A stretch of DNA of 63,977 nt, counting the filler, from an uncultured bacterium (GTDB lineage: Bacteria > DAOPZR01), in the NCBI GenBank assembly GCA_964637655.1. It is 4 parts of 4 records of this genome, joined end to end, with 100 filler letters (N's around TTAATTAATTAA, not from the genome) between each part and the next. Parts side by side here need not be neighbours in the genome. Positions count along the whole stretch, not along the records: positions 33,163 to 49,426 come from CAZWUZ010000047.1; positions 49,527 to 63,977 come from CAZWUZ010000068.1; 2 more parts are not named here. One strand, given 5' to 3'. How positions within the stretch are numbered: the first letter of the stretch is position 1; each line of letters starts with the position of its first letter. The position numbers and the translations under genes are program-made. Shown here piece by piece: positions 48,655-57,722 of the stretch. The notes beneath the pieces were generated by a model, which did no database searches, was not told the origin of the DNA, and saw only the letters and a list, made by a program, of their open reading frames with translations.

Positions 48655-49426
48655 CATTCTCCTGTGCTGTCTGCTCTGCCTGCCGCTGGCAGCGTGCGCC
48701 ACGACCGCGGATACGGGACCGGGGCCGCTCGACTGGCTGCTGACCCCGGTGACCTCGGCCAGCGATCCGCGCGGCGCGCGCGCGACTGAGGTGCGCGTGA
48801 CGGTGCATGGCGAGAGCACGGCCACGCTGGCGTGGCAGACGGACATCGCCACGACGGAGGAAGTGCAGTACGGGCCGCTGGATGGCGGCCTGGCGCCGCT
48901 ACTGACCCTGCGCCCGGCGACAGCCCACGCGATGCTGCTGAGCAACCTGCTGCGCGGCACGGTGTACCGCTACGCCATCGCGTCGCGCAACGACGTGTCC
49001 GGCACCTTCGTCACCGCCGGGATTCCCGCGCTGCGCTACCAGCAGATCCTCGAAACGAAACACAATCCGCAGACGCTCGAATTGCGCTGGACAACGAATC
49101 TGCCAGCGGACTATTACCTCGGGTTCCGTGCCGCCGGCGAAACGGAATGGACGGTGCAGAAGAGCGCGACGCGGCACCAGCTGACGCACACGGTACTGTT
49201 GGCCGGACTGCAGCCGGAAACGGAGTACGAGTACCTCATCCAGAGTAGTGACAGCAGCGGCTACACGGTCAACACCGGGCTGCACCGGGTGACCACACCG
49301 GAAAACAACCGCGCGCTCAACTGCCCGGTGGCGGGAACCTTTACGGAGTACCACGATGACCCGTATGTGGTGCGGGACACGCAGCCGCTGGCCAACATCA
49401 CCGATGGTGACGATGCGTTTTTCACC
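48635..49426 (+). CDS. Lipoprotein with tandem FN3-like domains (truncated by gap)
   Basis: Lipobox LAAC; ATLAWQTD..VQYG..HAMLLSNL..GTVYRY and LRWTTN..HTVLLAGLQPETEYEY. Confidence 0.7.
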
Positions 49427-49526
49427 NNNNNNNNNNNNNNNNNNNNNNNNNNNNNNNNNNNNNNNNNNNNTTAATTAATTAANNNNNNNNNNNNNNNNNN
49501 NNNNNNNNNNNNNNNNNNNNNNNNNN
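49427..49526. other. Artificial scaffold spacer
   Basis: 100-nt N block with TTAATTAATTAA. Confidence 0.97.
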
Positions 49527-50533
49527 ACAACCAGCTGATCGGCTACGGGCTGGTGGTCGGTCTCGCCGGCACGGGGGACAGCAACAAGGCGGCAATGACG
49601 CTGCAGTCGGTATCGAGCATGCTCGCCGGCTTCGGCGTGCGCGTGTCGGAAAACGAGATGAAACTGAAGAACGTGGCGGCGGTGATGGTGACGGCGACCA
49701 TCCCGGCGTTTGCCGGCAACGGCGACCGCCTCGATATCACCGTCTCGTCGCTGGGCGATGCCAAGTCGCTCGAGGGTGGACTGCTGCTGCAGACCCCGCT
49801 GCAGGCGGCCAACGGGCAGATCTACGCGGCGGCGCAGGGGGCACTGACCATCGGCGGGTTCAACGTCGGCAGCGGCGGCTCGTCGTCACAGCGCAACCAT
49901 GTCACGGTCGGGCGCATCCCGGGCGGGGCCATTGTCGAGCGCGACCTGCGCAGCGAGTTCCTCAGCAACGGGACGGTCGAACTGGTCCTGCGCGACGCCG
50001 ATTTCACCACCGCGGGGCGGGTGGCGGGGGCGATCAACGCCCGCTACAGCGGCGCGGCGCGGGCGGCGGACGCGGGGCGCATCCGCGTCGCGCTCCCCGG
50101 CGAATTCGCGCAGAACCCGGTCGGGTTTATCGCCCTGCTGGAGAACCTGAGCGTCGAGCCGGACGCGGCGGCGCGGGTCATCGTCAACGAACGCACCGGC
50201 TCGGTGGTGCTTGGCGGCAACGTCCAGCTGTCCACCTGTGCGGTCAGCCACGGCTCGCTGCAGATCACCATTCAGCGGCAGGTAATCACCGCGGTCGCCC
50301 CGCCCCCGGCCGAATATGACGAAGATGGCGAGCCGGTCACCACGACCACGCAGCAGCAGCAGGTGCGGGTCGAGGAGCAGCATAACCGCCTCGTCGCCCT
50401 TCCCGAGGGGACGAATGTCGGGCAGGTGGTCGACGCGCTCAATGCCGTCGGTGCCGGGCCGCGCGACATCATCGCCGTGCTGCAGGCCATCCGCGAAGCG
50501 GGCGCCCTGCACGCGGAACTGGTGGTGATGTGA
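49527..50533 (+). CDS. flgI: Flagellar P-ring protein (5' truncated)
   Basis: NQLIGYGLVVGLAGTGD, KNVAAVMVTA, SSLGDAKSLEGG.LL.TPL, NERTGSVV and ILQAI..AGALHAEL-type C-terminus. Confidence 0.96.
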
Positions 50534-50925
50534 TGCAGGCGCAGTTCCTGCCGCTGGCGCAGTCGCTGCTGCCGCTGGCGCAGCCGGTGGCGGCGGCGCC
50601 GGCCCTGCCGCCGCGCGGGGCGCGGTTCGCGGAGCTGCTGCAGCAGGCCGGGCAGCCGGCGACAACCCCGGACGCGGCGGCGGAACGGCAGCGGCAGGAG
50701 CGCGAACTGCGCGACGCGTCGCAGGGACTCGAAGCGATGATGATCAACCAGCTGTTCTCTGCCATGCGCAAGACAGTGCAGAAGAGCGGGCTGGCTGACG
50801 GCGGGGCGGGCGAGGAGATGTTCAGCGGCATGCTTGACCACGAATATGCGACGCAGATGAGCCGCTCCGGCTCGCTCGGCCTCGCGGAGATGATTTACGA
50901 ACAGATGAGTGCCACCCTCGGGTAG
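50533..50925 (+). CDS. flgJ: FlgJ-like rod-binding protein (no muramidase domain)
   Basis: LRDASQGLEAMMINQLFSAMRKTV...EEMFSGMLD.EYA..MS..GSLGLAEMIYEQM; directly after flgI. Confidence 0.85.
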   Translation: MQAQFLPLAQSLLPLAQPVAAAPALPPRGARFAELLQQAGQPATTPDAAAERQRQERELRDASQGLEAMMINQLFSAMRKTVQKSGLADGGAGEEMFSGMLDHEYATQMSRSGSLGLAEMIYEQMSATLG

Positions 50926-50942
50926 GCACCCGGCAAACCGAC

Positions 50943-50991
50943 GCCCGCACCGCCGCCCTGCTCTGTCGGGGCGGTGGCAGCGGGCTCTTTT
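50943..50991 (+). terminator. Probable intrinsic terminator after flgJ
   Basis: GC-rich stem GCCCGC-ACCGCCGCCCTG...CGGGGCGGTGGC-A-GCGGGC followed by TCTTTT. Confidence 0.55.
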
Positions 50992-51053
50992 CGTATCCGG
51001 GTGACCGCGCCTGTGGAAACCCGTTCATCTGCTGTTCACACAGGAGGAACACG

Positions 51054-51386
51054 ATGGAGATGGGCGCCGCGCAGCAGAAGGTCAAGGACGTGCTCGGGGA
51101 ACTGTTTCACCCGCGGCTCGGGTCGTTTGTCGCGCTGACCGAGGAGGTGGGGGAACTCGCCGACGAGGTGATGCAACGCGAGATGTACGGACAGAAGCAG
51201 GACAACGGCGACCTGGCGAAGGAGCTGGCGGACGTGCAGGTCTGCCTCTTCGAACTGGCCACCGTCTACGGCATCGACCTCGAGCAGGCATTTCTCGCCA
51301 AGTTCGCCGCCATCGAGGGGAAGGTGCCGCAATGGCGCGAGAAGTTCGGCCCGTCGCTGGCCCGCGCCCGCGCCCGCCTCGACTGA
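51054..51386 (+). CDS. MazG-like NTP pyrophosphohydrolase
   Basis: LTEEVGELA...LAKELADV...YGIDLEQAF..K motif; RBS AGGAGG. Confidence 0.88.
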   Translation: MEMGAAQQKVKDVLGELFHPRLGSFVALTEEVGELADEVMQREMYGQKQDNGDLAKELADVQVCLFELATVYGIDLEQAFLAKFAAIEGKVPQWREKFGPSLARARARLD

Positions 51387-51441
51387 GGACTGCCCCTCAC
51401 CGGCCGTTTACATCCGGATGTCCGGATGCTACCATCAGCGT

Positions 51442-52065
51442 ATGGACAGAAAGTCAGTGCACGTGCGTCTCTGGAGCGGGCTGTTTGCGCGCGAGGAGTT
51501 GTTGGTGCGTGACGGGTTCGTGCGCTATCGCCGAACAGGGCTCCTCGAAGATGCACTCTGCCGTGTCCCGCTGATGGACATTGACCTGCATATCGACCGG
51601 AAGCCGTCCGGTGAATTCAATTTTGGGGCACTGCTCATTCTCGGCTGGTTTTTCTTCGTCTTTCTGTTCAGCACCATACAGGGAAAACTCAAAGGTGACA
51701 TCCCAGCGGAGCTACTGATCAGCGCGACCATCGCGGTCGTTTTCGCCGTGGCAATCATCGACCAGCTCTCGCATGTTGGCCGCCGGCAATTTGTGCTCTA
51801 CCACCGCAACGGGAAAATTGCTGTTCAGCAGACGCGCGCGACGTGTCGCCTCCTGGCACAGGTACGGAAACAGATTCGCGATACACAGAGGCACCTGTCG
51901 GCACGTACGGCGGAGCAGGCAACGGCCCGGGCATGGGTGATGCGCCAACTCGACGAATTGCGCGAGGACAACACCGTTACCGCGGCAGAATATGATGCAG
52001 CGCGGTGCCAGGTGCAGGGAATCAGCCGTGAGGCGGGATTTACCGTCGCAGGAGGAAATGCATGA
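51442..52065 (+). CDS. 2-TM membrane protein with SHOCT-like C-terminus (paralog 1)
   Basis: beta-rich N-terminus, two TM helices, QLDELREDNTVTAAEYDAAR; leaderless promoter TTTACA-N17-TACCAT. Confidence 0.65.
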   Translation: MDRKSVHVRLWSGLFAREELLVRDGFVRYRRTGLLEDALCRVPLMDIDLHIDRKPSGEFNFGALLILGWFFFVFLFSTIQGKLKGDIPAELLISATIAVVFAVAIIDQLSHVGRRQFVLYHRNGKIAVQQTRATCRLLAQVRKQIRDTQRHLSARTAEQATARAWVMRQLDELREDNTVTAAEYDAARCQVQGISREAGFTVAGGNA

Positions 52066-52712
52066 CGACCATCACGCCGCTGGGACAGCACCTGGCGGAG
52101 AATCTGCAGATCAGCTGGCGGGAAAGCCCGTTCCGGCGCATGACCATCAGCGTTGACGACGACCGGCTGGTGCTGCGGCGTCAAGGGTTGTTCAGCGAGC
52201 GGGTCGAGCATCTGAACGTCGCTGCGGTCGATCATGTATTCGACTCGCTGCGCTCCGTCGGTTGGGGCTCCTGCCTGGGCACCCTGTTGTTCGGCGGGGG
52301 AGGGCTCTTCGTCTGGTTCGTCGCGGTGCGGGCGGCAAAACCGTCTGACTTCTGGTTCGCGGCGTTCTGGGCAACGGTCTTCACGCTGGTTGGCGCCGCG
52401 TTTCTGAACGCGGCATGGCGGAAAACAGGGCGCTTTTTCTGCCTGTTCAACGGGTATCAGGGCACGCCGCTGCTGCTGATTCGCGATTGCGCGGCAACAG
52501 CAGCCGGTATGCCCAGGCTGAGCGCGTTGCTCAAGGAGAAGCAGCGCGCCCTGCGCGATGAACAGACCGCCGCCGGTTCGCTCGCCGGGCAGTTGCGTCA
52601 GCTGGGCGAACTGCATAAGAGCGGGGTACTCAGCGATGCCGAGTTCGCGAGCGCCAAACAGAAACTGATCGGCCGGTCGGAAACCATCGGCTTTGCGCGC
52701 AAGGACACGTGA
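52062..52712 (+). CDS. 2-TM membrane protein with SHOCT domain (paralog 2)
   Basis: QLRQLGELHKSGVLSDAEFASAKQKLI SHOCT motif; ATGA overlap; RBS GGAGG. Confidence 0.8.
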   Translation: MTTITPLGQHLAENLQISWRESPFRRMTISVDDDRLVLRRQGLFSERVEHLNVAAVDHVFDSLRSVGWGSCLGTLLFGGGGLFVWFVAVRAAKPSDFWFAAFWATVFTLVGAAFLNAAWRKTGRFFCLFNGYQGTPLLLIRDCAATAAGMPRLSALLKEKQRALRDEQTAAGSLAGQLRQLGELHKSGVLSDAEFASAKQKLIGRSETIGFARKDT

Positions 52713-52721
52713 GCGGCGGCC

Positions 52722-53339
52722 ATGGACAGTTGCTCCTGGCGTGACACGCTGCTGAGTCGCGTGACCCTTCGGGTTGCCGGAGACCGGTTGTGTTGCGAGC
52801 GGCGGGCATGGCGCGGCTGGCGCCGGTATGTCCGGCTGGCGGGACTGCGGGACAGTTTTGACGTTGTGACGCAGCGGAACTGGAACGGCTATGTCGCGGC
52901 GGCGCCCTTCGCGCCCCTCGGCCTGATACTTCTGGCGCTGGTCATCTTCGACCCCGATCCGCGTGCGTGGATAAACATTCTGGGGGGATGTATCGGCCTG
53001 TTTTTTACCGCGCTGGCGTTCGTCCTGGTGTCGTATTCATGGCAGCGCTCGGGGAAGTTCCTGCTGGTTTGTGAGGAAGCCGATGACAACGTGATGCATA
53101 CGGTTGCAAGCGTACCGTTTTCGCCGGCCCGCAGCCGTCAGCTTAACGAACTGGCGGACATAATCCGGGCTGAGCGCGAGCGATGCACGAACGACGAATT
53201 CCCGGATGTGTCACTGCCGGCGGAACTCGGACAGCTGGCGGCCCTGCATCGGCGAGGGGTGCTGAACGACGGAGAATTTCAGGCCGCCAAGGCCGCGAGA
53301 ATTGCCGGTCCGCTGCCGCAGTCCGGTCAGCCGGTGTAG
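52722..53339 (+). CDS. 2-TM membrane protein with SHOCT domain (paralog 3)
   Basis: ELGQLAALHRRGVLNDGEFQAAKARI SHOCT motif; two TM helices. Confidence 0.75.
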   Translation: MDSCSWRDTLLSRVTLRVAGDRLCCERRAWRGWRRYVRLAGLRDSFDVVTQRNWNGYVAAAPFAPLGLILLALVIFDPDPRAWINILGGCIGLFFTALAFVLVSYSWQRSGKFLLVCEEADDNVMHTVASVPFSPARSRQLNELADIIRAERERCTNDEFPDVSLPAELGQLAALHRRGVLNDGEFQAAKAARIAGPLPQSGQPV

Positions 53340-54241
53340 CGGCAGGCGAGCAGGGAGATGTCGTCGGTGGCGGCGGCGCCGCCGCTGAAGGCCATGAGGT
53401 CGGCGTAGAGCCCGTCGAGCAGCGCCGGGAGCGCCTGGCCCCGGTGGCGGTCCACCGTCGTCAGCAGCCGCGGCTCGCCGAACAGCTCGTCCTGCGCATT
53501 ATTGAACTCGATAATCCCGTCGGTATAGAAGAGCAGGGTGTCTCCCGGCTGCAGGTGCAGGGTGATATTGCCGTAGTCGCTGTCGGGGAAGATGCCGAGC
53601 ATGACGCCGCCCAGCGCCAGCTGTTCCGCGCCGGCGCCGGCGCGCACGCGGACGGGCGGCGGATGCCCGGCATTGCCGGACCTGACAACGCCTCCCGCGG
53701 CCAGCAGGCAGTAGGCGATGCTGGCGAGGCGGTCGAAACGCTCCTGCGGGAACTCGTTGTTGAGTGCAAAGAGCAGGTCGGCGGGGAGCATGGGCTGACC
53801 GTCGCGGACGACGTTGCCCGCTGACGGTTGCAGGAACTGCGCCAGCGAGGCGGTGACCAGCGCCGCCGGCACGCCATGCCCCGAGACGTCGATGATGTAG
53901 GCGGCGCAGCAGTCGGGCGTCAGCGGCGTGAGATTGAAAATGTCGCCGCCGATATGTTCGCAGGGGACGAACTTCCAGGCGAATTCCCAGCCGGAAAGCG
54001 ACGGAGCCGCCGACGGGAGCAGCGCCCGCTGCACGCGCGCCGCCGCGGTCAGGTCCTCGTCGAGCAGCCGCTGTTTCTCCGCCAGTTCCCGTTCCACCGC
54101 CGCGTAGCGGAAGACCAGGTCATGCAGCAGCTTCTCATTGAGCGCGTAGTCGCGGTTGCGTGCCCTCGCCTCCAGCACCTCGCGCACATAGTCGTCGGCG
54201 GTGACCAGCGGCGGGTCGGGATTCCTGCCCGGGGTGTTCAT
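53327..54241 (-). CDS. PP2C/SpoIIE (RsbU-like) Ser/Thr phosphatase
   Basis: AARVQRALLP, IGGDIF, DVSGHGVPAAL, NAGHPPP, YTDGIIE, FGEPRL and DDISL motifs. Confidence 0.93.
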   Translation of the reverse strand: MNTPGRNPDPPLVTADDYVREVLEARARNRDYALNEKLLHDLVFRYAAVERELAEKQRLLDEDLTAAARVQRALLPSAAPSLSGWEFAWKFVPCEHIGGDIFNLTPLTPDCCAAYIIDVSGHGVPAALVTASLAQFLQPSAGNVVRDGQPMLPADLLFALNNEFPQERFDRLASIAYCLLAAGGVVRSGNAGHPPPVRVRAGAGAEQLALGGVMLGIFPDSDYGNITLHLQPGDTLLFYTDGIIEFNNAQDELFGEPRLLTTVDRHRGQALPALLDGLYADLMAFSGGAAATDDISLLACRYTG

Positions 54242-55092
54242 TCCGGCAGCCGTTGCGCGAAGGCGGCGCGCAGTGCCGGCAGGTCGGCGGCGGGCAGACG
54301 GTCGATGCCGACCCGCTCCGCGGCGAGCAGCGCGTCGATGACGGTCAGGATATCGCGCCGGCCGCGGATGACGCTGCCATGCTGCGGGGCGATCATCGCC
54401 ACCGGCAGCTTCATGACCTGCGCCAGCGCGTGGCGCAGCGCCGCGGTCGAGGGCATTACCAGCGCGTGGAAATCGACGAGGTCGGGGACGGGGCAGATGC
54501 TGCGGCCGTGCGGGCAGTTGACATGCGCGCAGGTGGCGCAGTCGTCGCTCAGGCGCAGGAAGAGATCCCAGTCGCGTCCCAGGCTGCCGAACAGGTCACC
54601 GGAGAAAAGCGTTCCCGTGGCCGGGTCGAAGGCGACGCTGCTCCCCGCCGCGTGCGCGTAAGGGGTGTTGCTGAAGCGCAGCTCGCGCCCCGAGGCAAAA
54701 CGGAAGACGTGCCCGATTTCCTCAAACCCGACGAGACGGCTCCCCACCTGGTAGTGGCGCAAAAACATGTGGTTGGCCTTGTCGCTGATGATGACCAGGT
54801 CGTCGCGCCCGATGATGTCCTCGAGGTTGGGGATGCTGCCGCAGAGGTCGGGATCGAAATGGTCGTAGATGAGCGCACGGATGCTCTTCGGGTTGACCCC
54901 GGTCTGCATGATCTTCATCATCACCGCGGCGAAGTCGGGGCGGCTGCCGCCGTCGATGAGCACCGCCTCGTCACCGTCGGTGACCAGGTAGGGATTGCAG
55001 TGCAGCCCGCTTTCGCGGTCATGGAACCCGACCCAGTAGATGCCGTCAGCGACGGCAATGGGACGCTCGTAATCGGGTGCGGCGGGGTTCAT
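54238..55092 (-). CDS. Metallo-beta-lactamase fold protein, ODP/FprA-N-like di-iron
   Basis: IYWVG..LHCNPYL..EAVLIDGGS, HFDPDLCGS, TPYAHAAGS, LFSGDLFG, FH..MP and IAPQHGS motifs; no flavodoxin domain. Confidence 0.8.
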   Translation of the reverse strand: MNPAAPDYERPIAVADGIYWVGFHDRESGLHCNPYLVTDGDEAVLIDGGSRPDFAAVMMKIMQTGVNPKSIRALIYDHFDPDLCGSIPNLEDIIGRDDLVIISDKANHMFLRHYQVGSRLVGFEEIGHVFRFASGRELRFSNTPYAHAAGSSVAFDPATGTLFSGDLFGSLGRDWDLFLRLSDDCATCAHVNCPHGRSICPVPDLVDFHALVMPSTAALRHALAQVMKLPVAMIAPQHGSVIRGRRDILTVIDALLAAERVGIDRLPAADLPALRAAFAQRLPE

Positions 55093-56120
55093 GGTGCACC
55101 TCCGGACGGAGCGAGTGTAGCACCCGCACCGGTGGCGGTCAACTGTCCGGCCAGTTCCGGGAGCAGCACCTCCAACTGGCGTACACTGGCCAGCAGCGCA
55201 TCGGTGGCGGCCAGTGTCCCGTAGAGCATCAGGTGCTGCGGGTCGTGGCGGTCAGCGGCGGGCGGTGGCAGCGGGACCGCGGCGGGGAGCGGGGCATACG
55301 CCGCGGCGCGCAGCAGCGCGGCGAGGTGCGCGGCACGGGCCGCACAGGGGTCAGGCACGGCGACGCGGAAGACCAGCGTGGTGAGGGTGTGGCAGTGCTG
55401 CAGCAGGTCGCGCAGGTGCCAGGCGTAGAAGAGGTGCTGGCGGATATCGCGGATGCGGTTGCGACGCAGGAGGCCGAGCGGTGACGCGTATTCGCGCTCG
55501 ATGTCGAGGCAGGCCTCCGCCAGTTCCGCGAGGCCCGCGTAGCGCTGCGCCAGTGGTGCCAGTGCTGCTTCGCAGCGGGCGTGGTCGCGCGTAGCGAACG
55601 CGTCGAGCAGTGTGGCGGCCGCGGCGAACGACGCGGCGCGTTCCTGCCGCAGGCGGTGGTAGAGCCGGCGGCGGTAGTTGTAGGCGCCGGCAACATAATT
55701 GACCAGGGTGGCGAGGGGAATGCCGACGATGAAATGGGCGAAGCGCTCGGCCAGGTGCGCTTCCGTCTCTGTCCGTCCGAGGATGCCGATGTAGAGCACC
55801 GCAAACCAGCCGATGGGGAGCAGGGCGCTGCGCGTGTAGAGTGCGGCGGTGATGGCGAGCAGGCCAAGGAGCAGCGCCACCGGTGCCGGCACCAGGAGCA
55901 TGATCAGGGCGGTGCCGAGCGACCCGGCGGCAGCCACGGCCACCTGCTGCAGTCCGGCACGGATACCGCCCAGCACCGTCGGCTGCAGGCAGAGCAGGGT
56001 GACAAACAGCAGGGTCAGCAGATCGGTGAAATGCAGCGCGGCAGCGAGGGCAAAACAGGCGGCGGCAATGACGGCGACCTTGGCGAGAAAGACGAGCAGG
56101 TCAAGCTGCCGCGGTTTCAC
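55089..56120 (-). CDS. FUSC / aromatic acid exporter family membrane protein
   Basis: AKVAVIAAACFALA, LLCLQPTV..GIRAG and ERFAHFIVGI..ATLVN motifs, followed by a helical cytoplasmic domain; GTG start overlaps the PilZ stop. Confidence 0.7.
   Translation of the reverse strand: MKPRQLDLLVFLAKVAVIAAACFALAAALHFTDLLTLLFVTLLCLQPTVLGGIRAGLQQVAVAAAGSLGTALIMLLVPAPVALLLGLLAITAALYTRSALLPIGWFAVLYIGILGRTETEAHLAERFAHFIVGIPLATLVNYVAGAYNYRRRLYHRLRQERAASFAAAATLLDAFATRDHARCEAALAPLAQRYAGLAELAEACLDIEREYASPLGLLRRNRIRDIRQHLFYAWHLRDLLQHCHTLTTLVFRVAVPDPCAARAAHLAALLRAAAYAPLPAAVPLPPPAADRHDPQHLMLYGTLAATDALLASVRQLEVLLPELAGQLTATGAGATLAPSGGAP
55114..55142 (-). promoter_or_regulatory. sigma70 promoter for the MBL-PP2C pair (inside the 3' end of the upstream gene)
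   Basis: TTGACC-N17-TACACT (TG-extended), followed by SD GGAGG. Confidence 0.6.
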
Positions 56121-56548
56121 GGGCGGAACTGCGGGTACTGCGCGGCGAATTTCCCGATCCATTCCAGCGCCGCCTGCCCCGGGGTGAGTGTGCGCCCGGC
56201 GGCCTGCTGCTCGAGGCGGTACTGCGCGATGGCGCAGACCTGTTCGACCATGCGCGCGCGGAAGGCCGCGTCCGCGTTGAGAAAGGCGGCCCCGACGAGG
56301 AAGCGGGTGCCTTCCGGGCGGCACCAGACGACGCGCGCGCTCGCCTCGAACGCGGGATCGGTTACCGGGATGCGCAGGCGGATGACCGCACCTTCCGGCA
56401 GGCAGCGGGCGGCATGGAAGGAGAGACCGCCGGTGCTGATGTCGGAAAGGAAATCGGCGTGCTCCGCCACAATCCCCGCCAGCTCGAAATCGATGGGAAT
56501 GTCCGCCGGATGGCGCAGGAAGATGCGCCGGTCGGCTGGAGTGCTCAT
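56117..56548 (-). CDS. PilZ-domain c-di-GMP receptor
   Basis: DRRIFLRHP (RxxxR), DISTGGL (DxSxGG) and ARVVWC motifs. Confidence 0.9.
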   Translation of the reverse strand: MSTPADRRIFLRHPADIPIDFELAGIVAEHADFLSDISTGGLSFHAARCLPEGAVIRLRIPVTDPAFEASARVVWCRPEGTRFLVGAAFLNADAAFRARMVEQVCAIAQYRLEQQAAGRTLTPGQAALEWIGKFAAQYPQFRP

Positions 56549-56925
56549 TGCGCGTATTCCGCGCGAATGACGGCAGGTACCAGCGCGGCACGGTATCCGC
56601 GTTTGACCCCGGTCATGGTGACCCGGAAGGCCCGCGCCGCCCGCGGGCTCAAATCATCGACCTCGCTGAATCCCTCGCCCAGCAGCACGGCCTGGTCATT
56701 GTAAACACGGCAGCAGACCACGAGGCTGGTGACGGGTTCCCGGGAGGTATTCAGCACCATCCCCTCGGCAATGACGGTGCCGGCGCTGTCCTGCGCATAG
56801 TGCACATTGCGGAAGGAAATGGCGGCTTTGGCGTCGCGGACGCGCCCCTGGCTGTCGACCGCCGCCGGGCGGCCGGCGGTGCACCCTGCACCCAACAGAC
56901 AAAGCAGCAACAGGATAACGCGCAT
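56545..56925 (-). CDS. FxLYD-domain lipoprotein
   Basis: Lipobox LGAGC; AEGMVLNTS..V..LVV...VYNDQAVLLG...LSP...AF; leaderless promoter TTGACT-N17-TAGCAT. Confidence 0.7.
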   Translation of the reverse strand: MRVILLLLCLLGAGCTAGRPAAVDSQGRVRDAKAAISFRNVHYAQDSAGTVIAEGMVLNTSREPVTSLVVCCRVYNDQAVLLGEGFSEVDDLSPRAARAFRVTMTGVKRGYRAALVPAVIRAEYAQ

Positions 56926-57088
56926 ACGGGTATGCTAAATCATTACCTGCTGACAGTCAACTGCCGGCGCCGGGCGTGGTGGGAGAAAAATGCCGGCAAT
57001 AATCCCATAAAAACGTCCTGGTGGCAAAATGCAGAATCGGGACTTATGCCGGCGGGTGCGCGATGGCCGGGTATGCTATACTCGCAGC

Positions 57089-57715
57089 ATGGTGAGGAAA
57101 CACGCGGCGCTCTGCCTGATGCTGCTGTTGTGCGGCTGGGGCTGCCAGCCGGGAGGCCCGGCAACGACGGCATTACCAGCCGGCACGCCGGTCATGCCTG
57201 ACGCGGGGATGGACTATGCGGTCTGGTCGGCAGTGCTGGCGGTGGACTACCCGTCCGGCACGGAGGTGCAGGCCATCCTGCTGACGGACCTGACCGACAG
57301 TGCGCCCATGGCAGGTGCCGGGGGCGACGCGCTCTCCCCGTATGTGCGGGAAAAGCTGCCGTCGCTCGATGCGGCGACCTGGGCCGGGTACGCGGCCCGC
57401 CGTCCGCTGGCCATGCCGCTGCAGGCCGACCGGTTCGACACGCGCGCGCTGGGGGTTCCGCTGCGGCTGATCAGTGAAACGGAACTGGCGAAACTCTTTG
57501 CCGGAGGTGGCTGGGCAGCGTTCCACCAGCGCTACCCGGGCAGCAGTGGTATCATCGCGCTCTCGCTTCCCGGCTACAACGCCGGGGGTACACAGGCGCT
57601 GGTGCATGTCAGTCGCACCATGGGGCCGCTGGCCGGCAGCGGACACCTCGTATTGCTGCAGCGTGACGGCACCGCGTGGCGCGTCGTCGCCACGGCCACA
57701 ACCTGGATTTCGTGA
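57089..57715 (+). CDS. Hypothetical lipoprotein
   Basis: Signal with CGWG-C; GWAAFHQRYPGSSGIIALSLPGYN..GTQALV...GPLAGSG..W motif; extended -10 TGcTATACT 6 nt upstream. Confidence 0.7.
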   Translation: MVRKHAALCLMLLLCGWGCQPGGPATTALPAGTPVMPDAGMDYAVWSAVLAVDYPSGTEVQAILLTDLTDSAPMAGAGGDALSPYVREKLPSLDAATWAGYAARRPLAMPLQADRFDTRALGVPLRLISETELAKLFAGGGWAAFHQRYPGSSGIIALSLPGYNAGGTQALVHVSRTMGPLAGSGHLVLLQRDGTAWRVVATATTWIS

Positions 57716-57722
57716 GGACACG

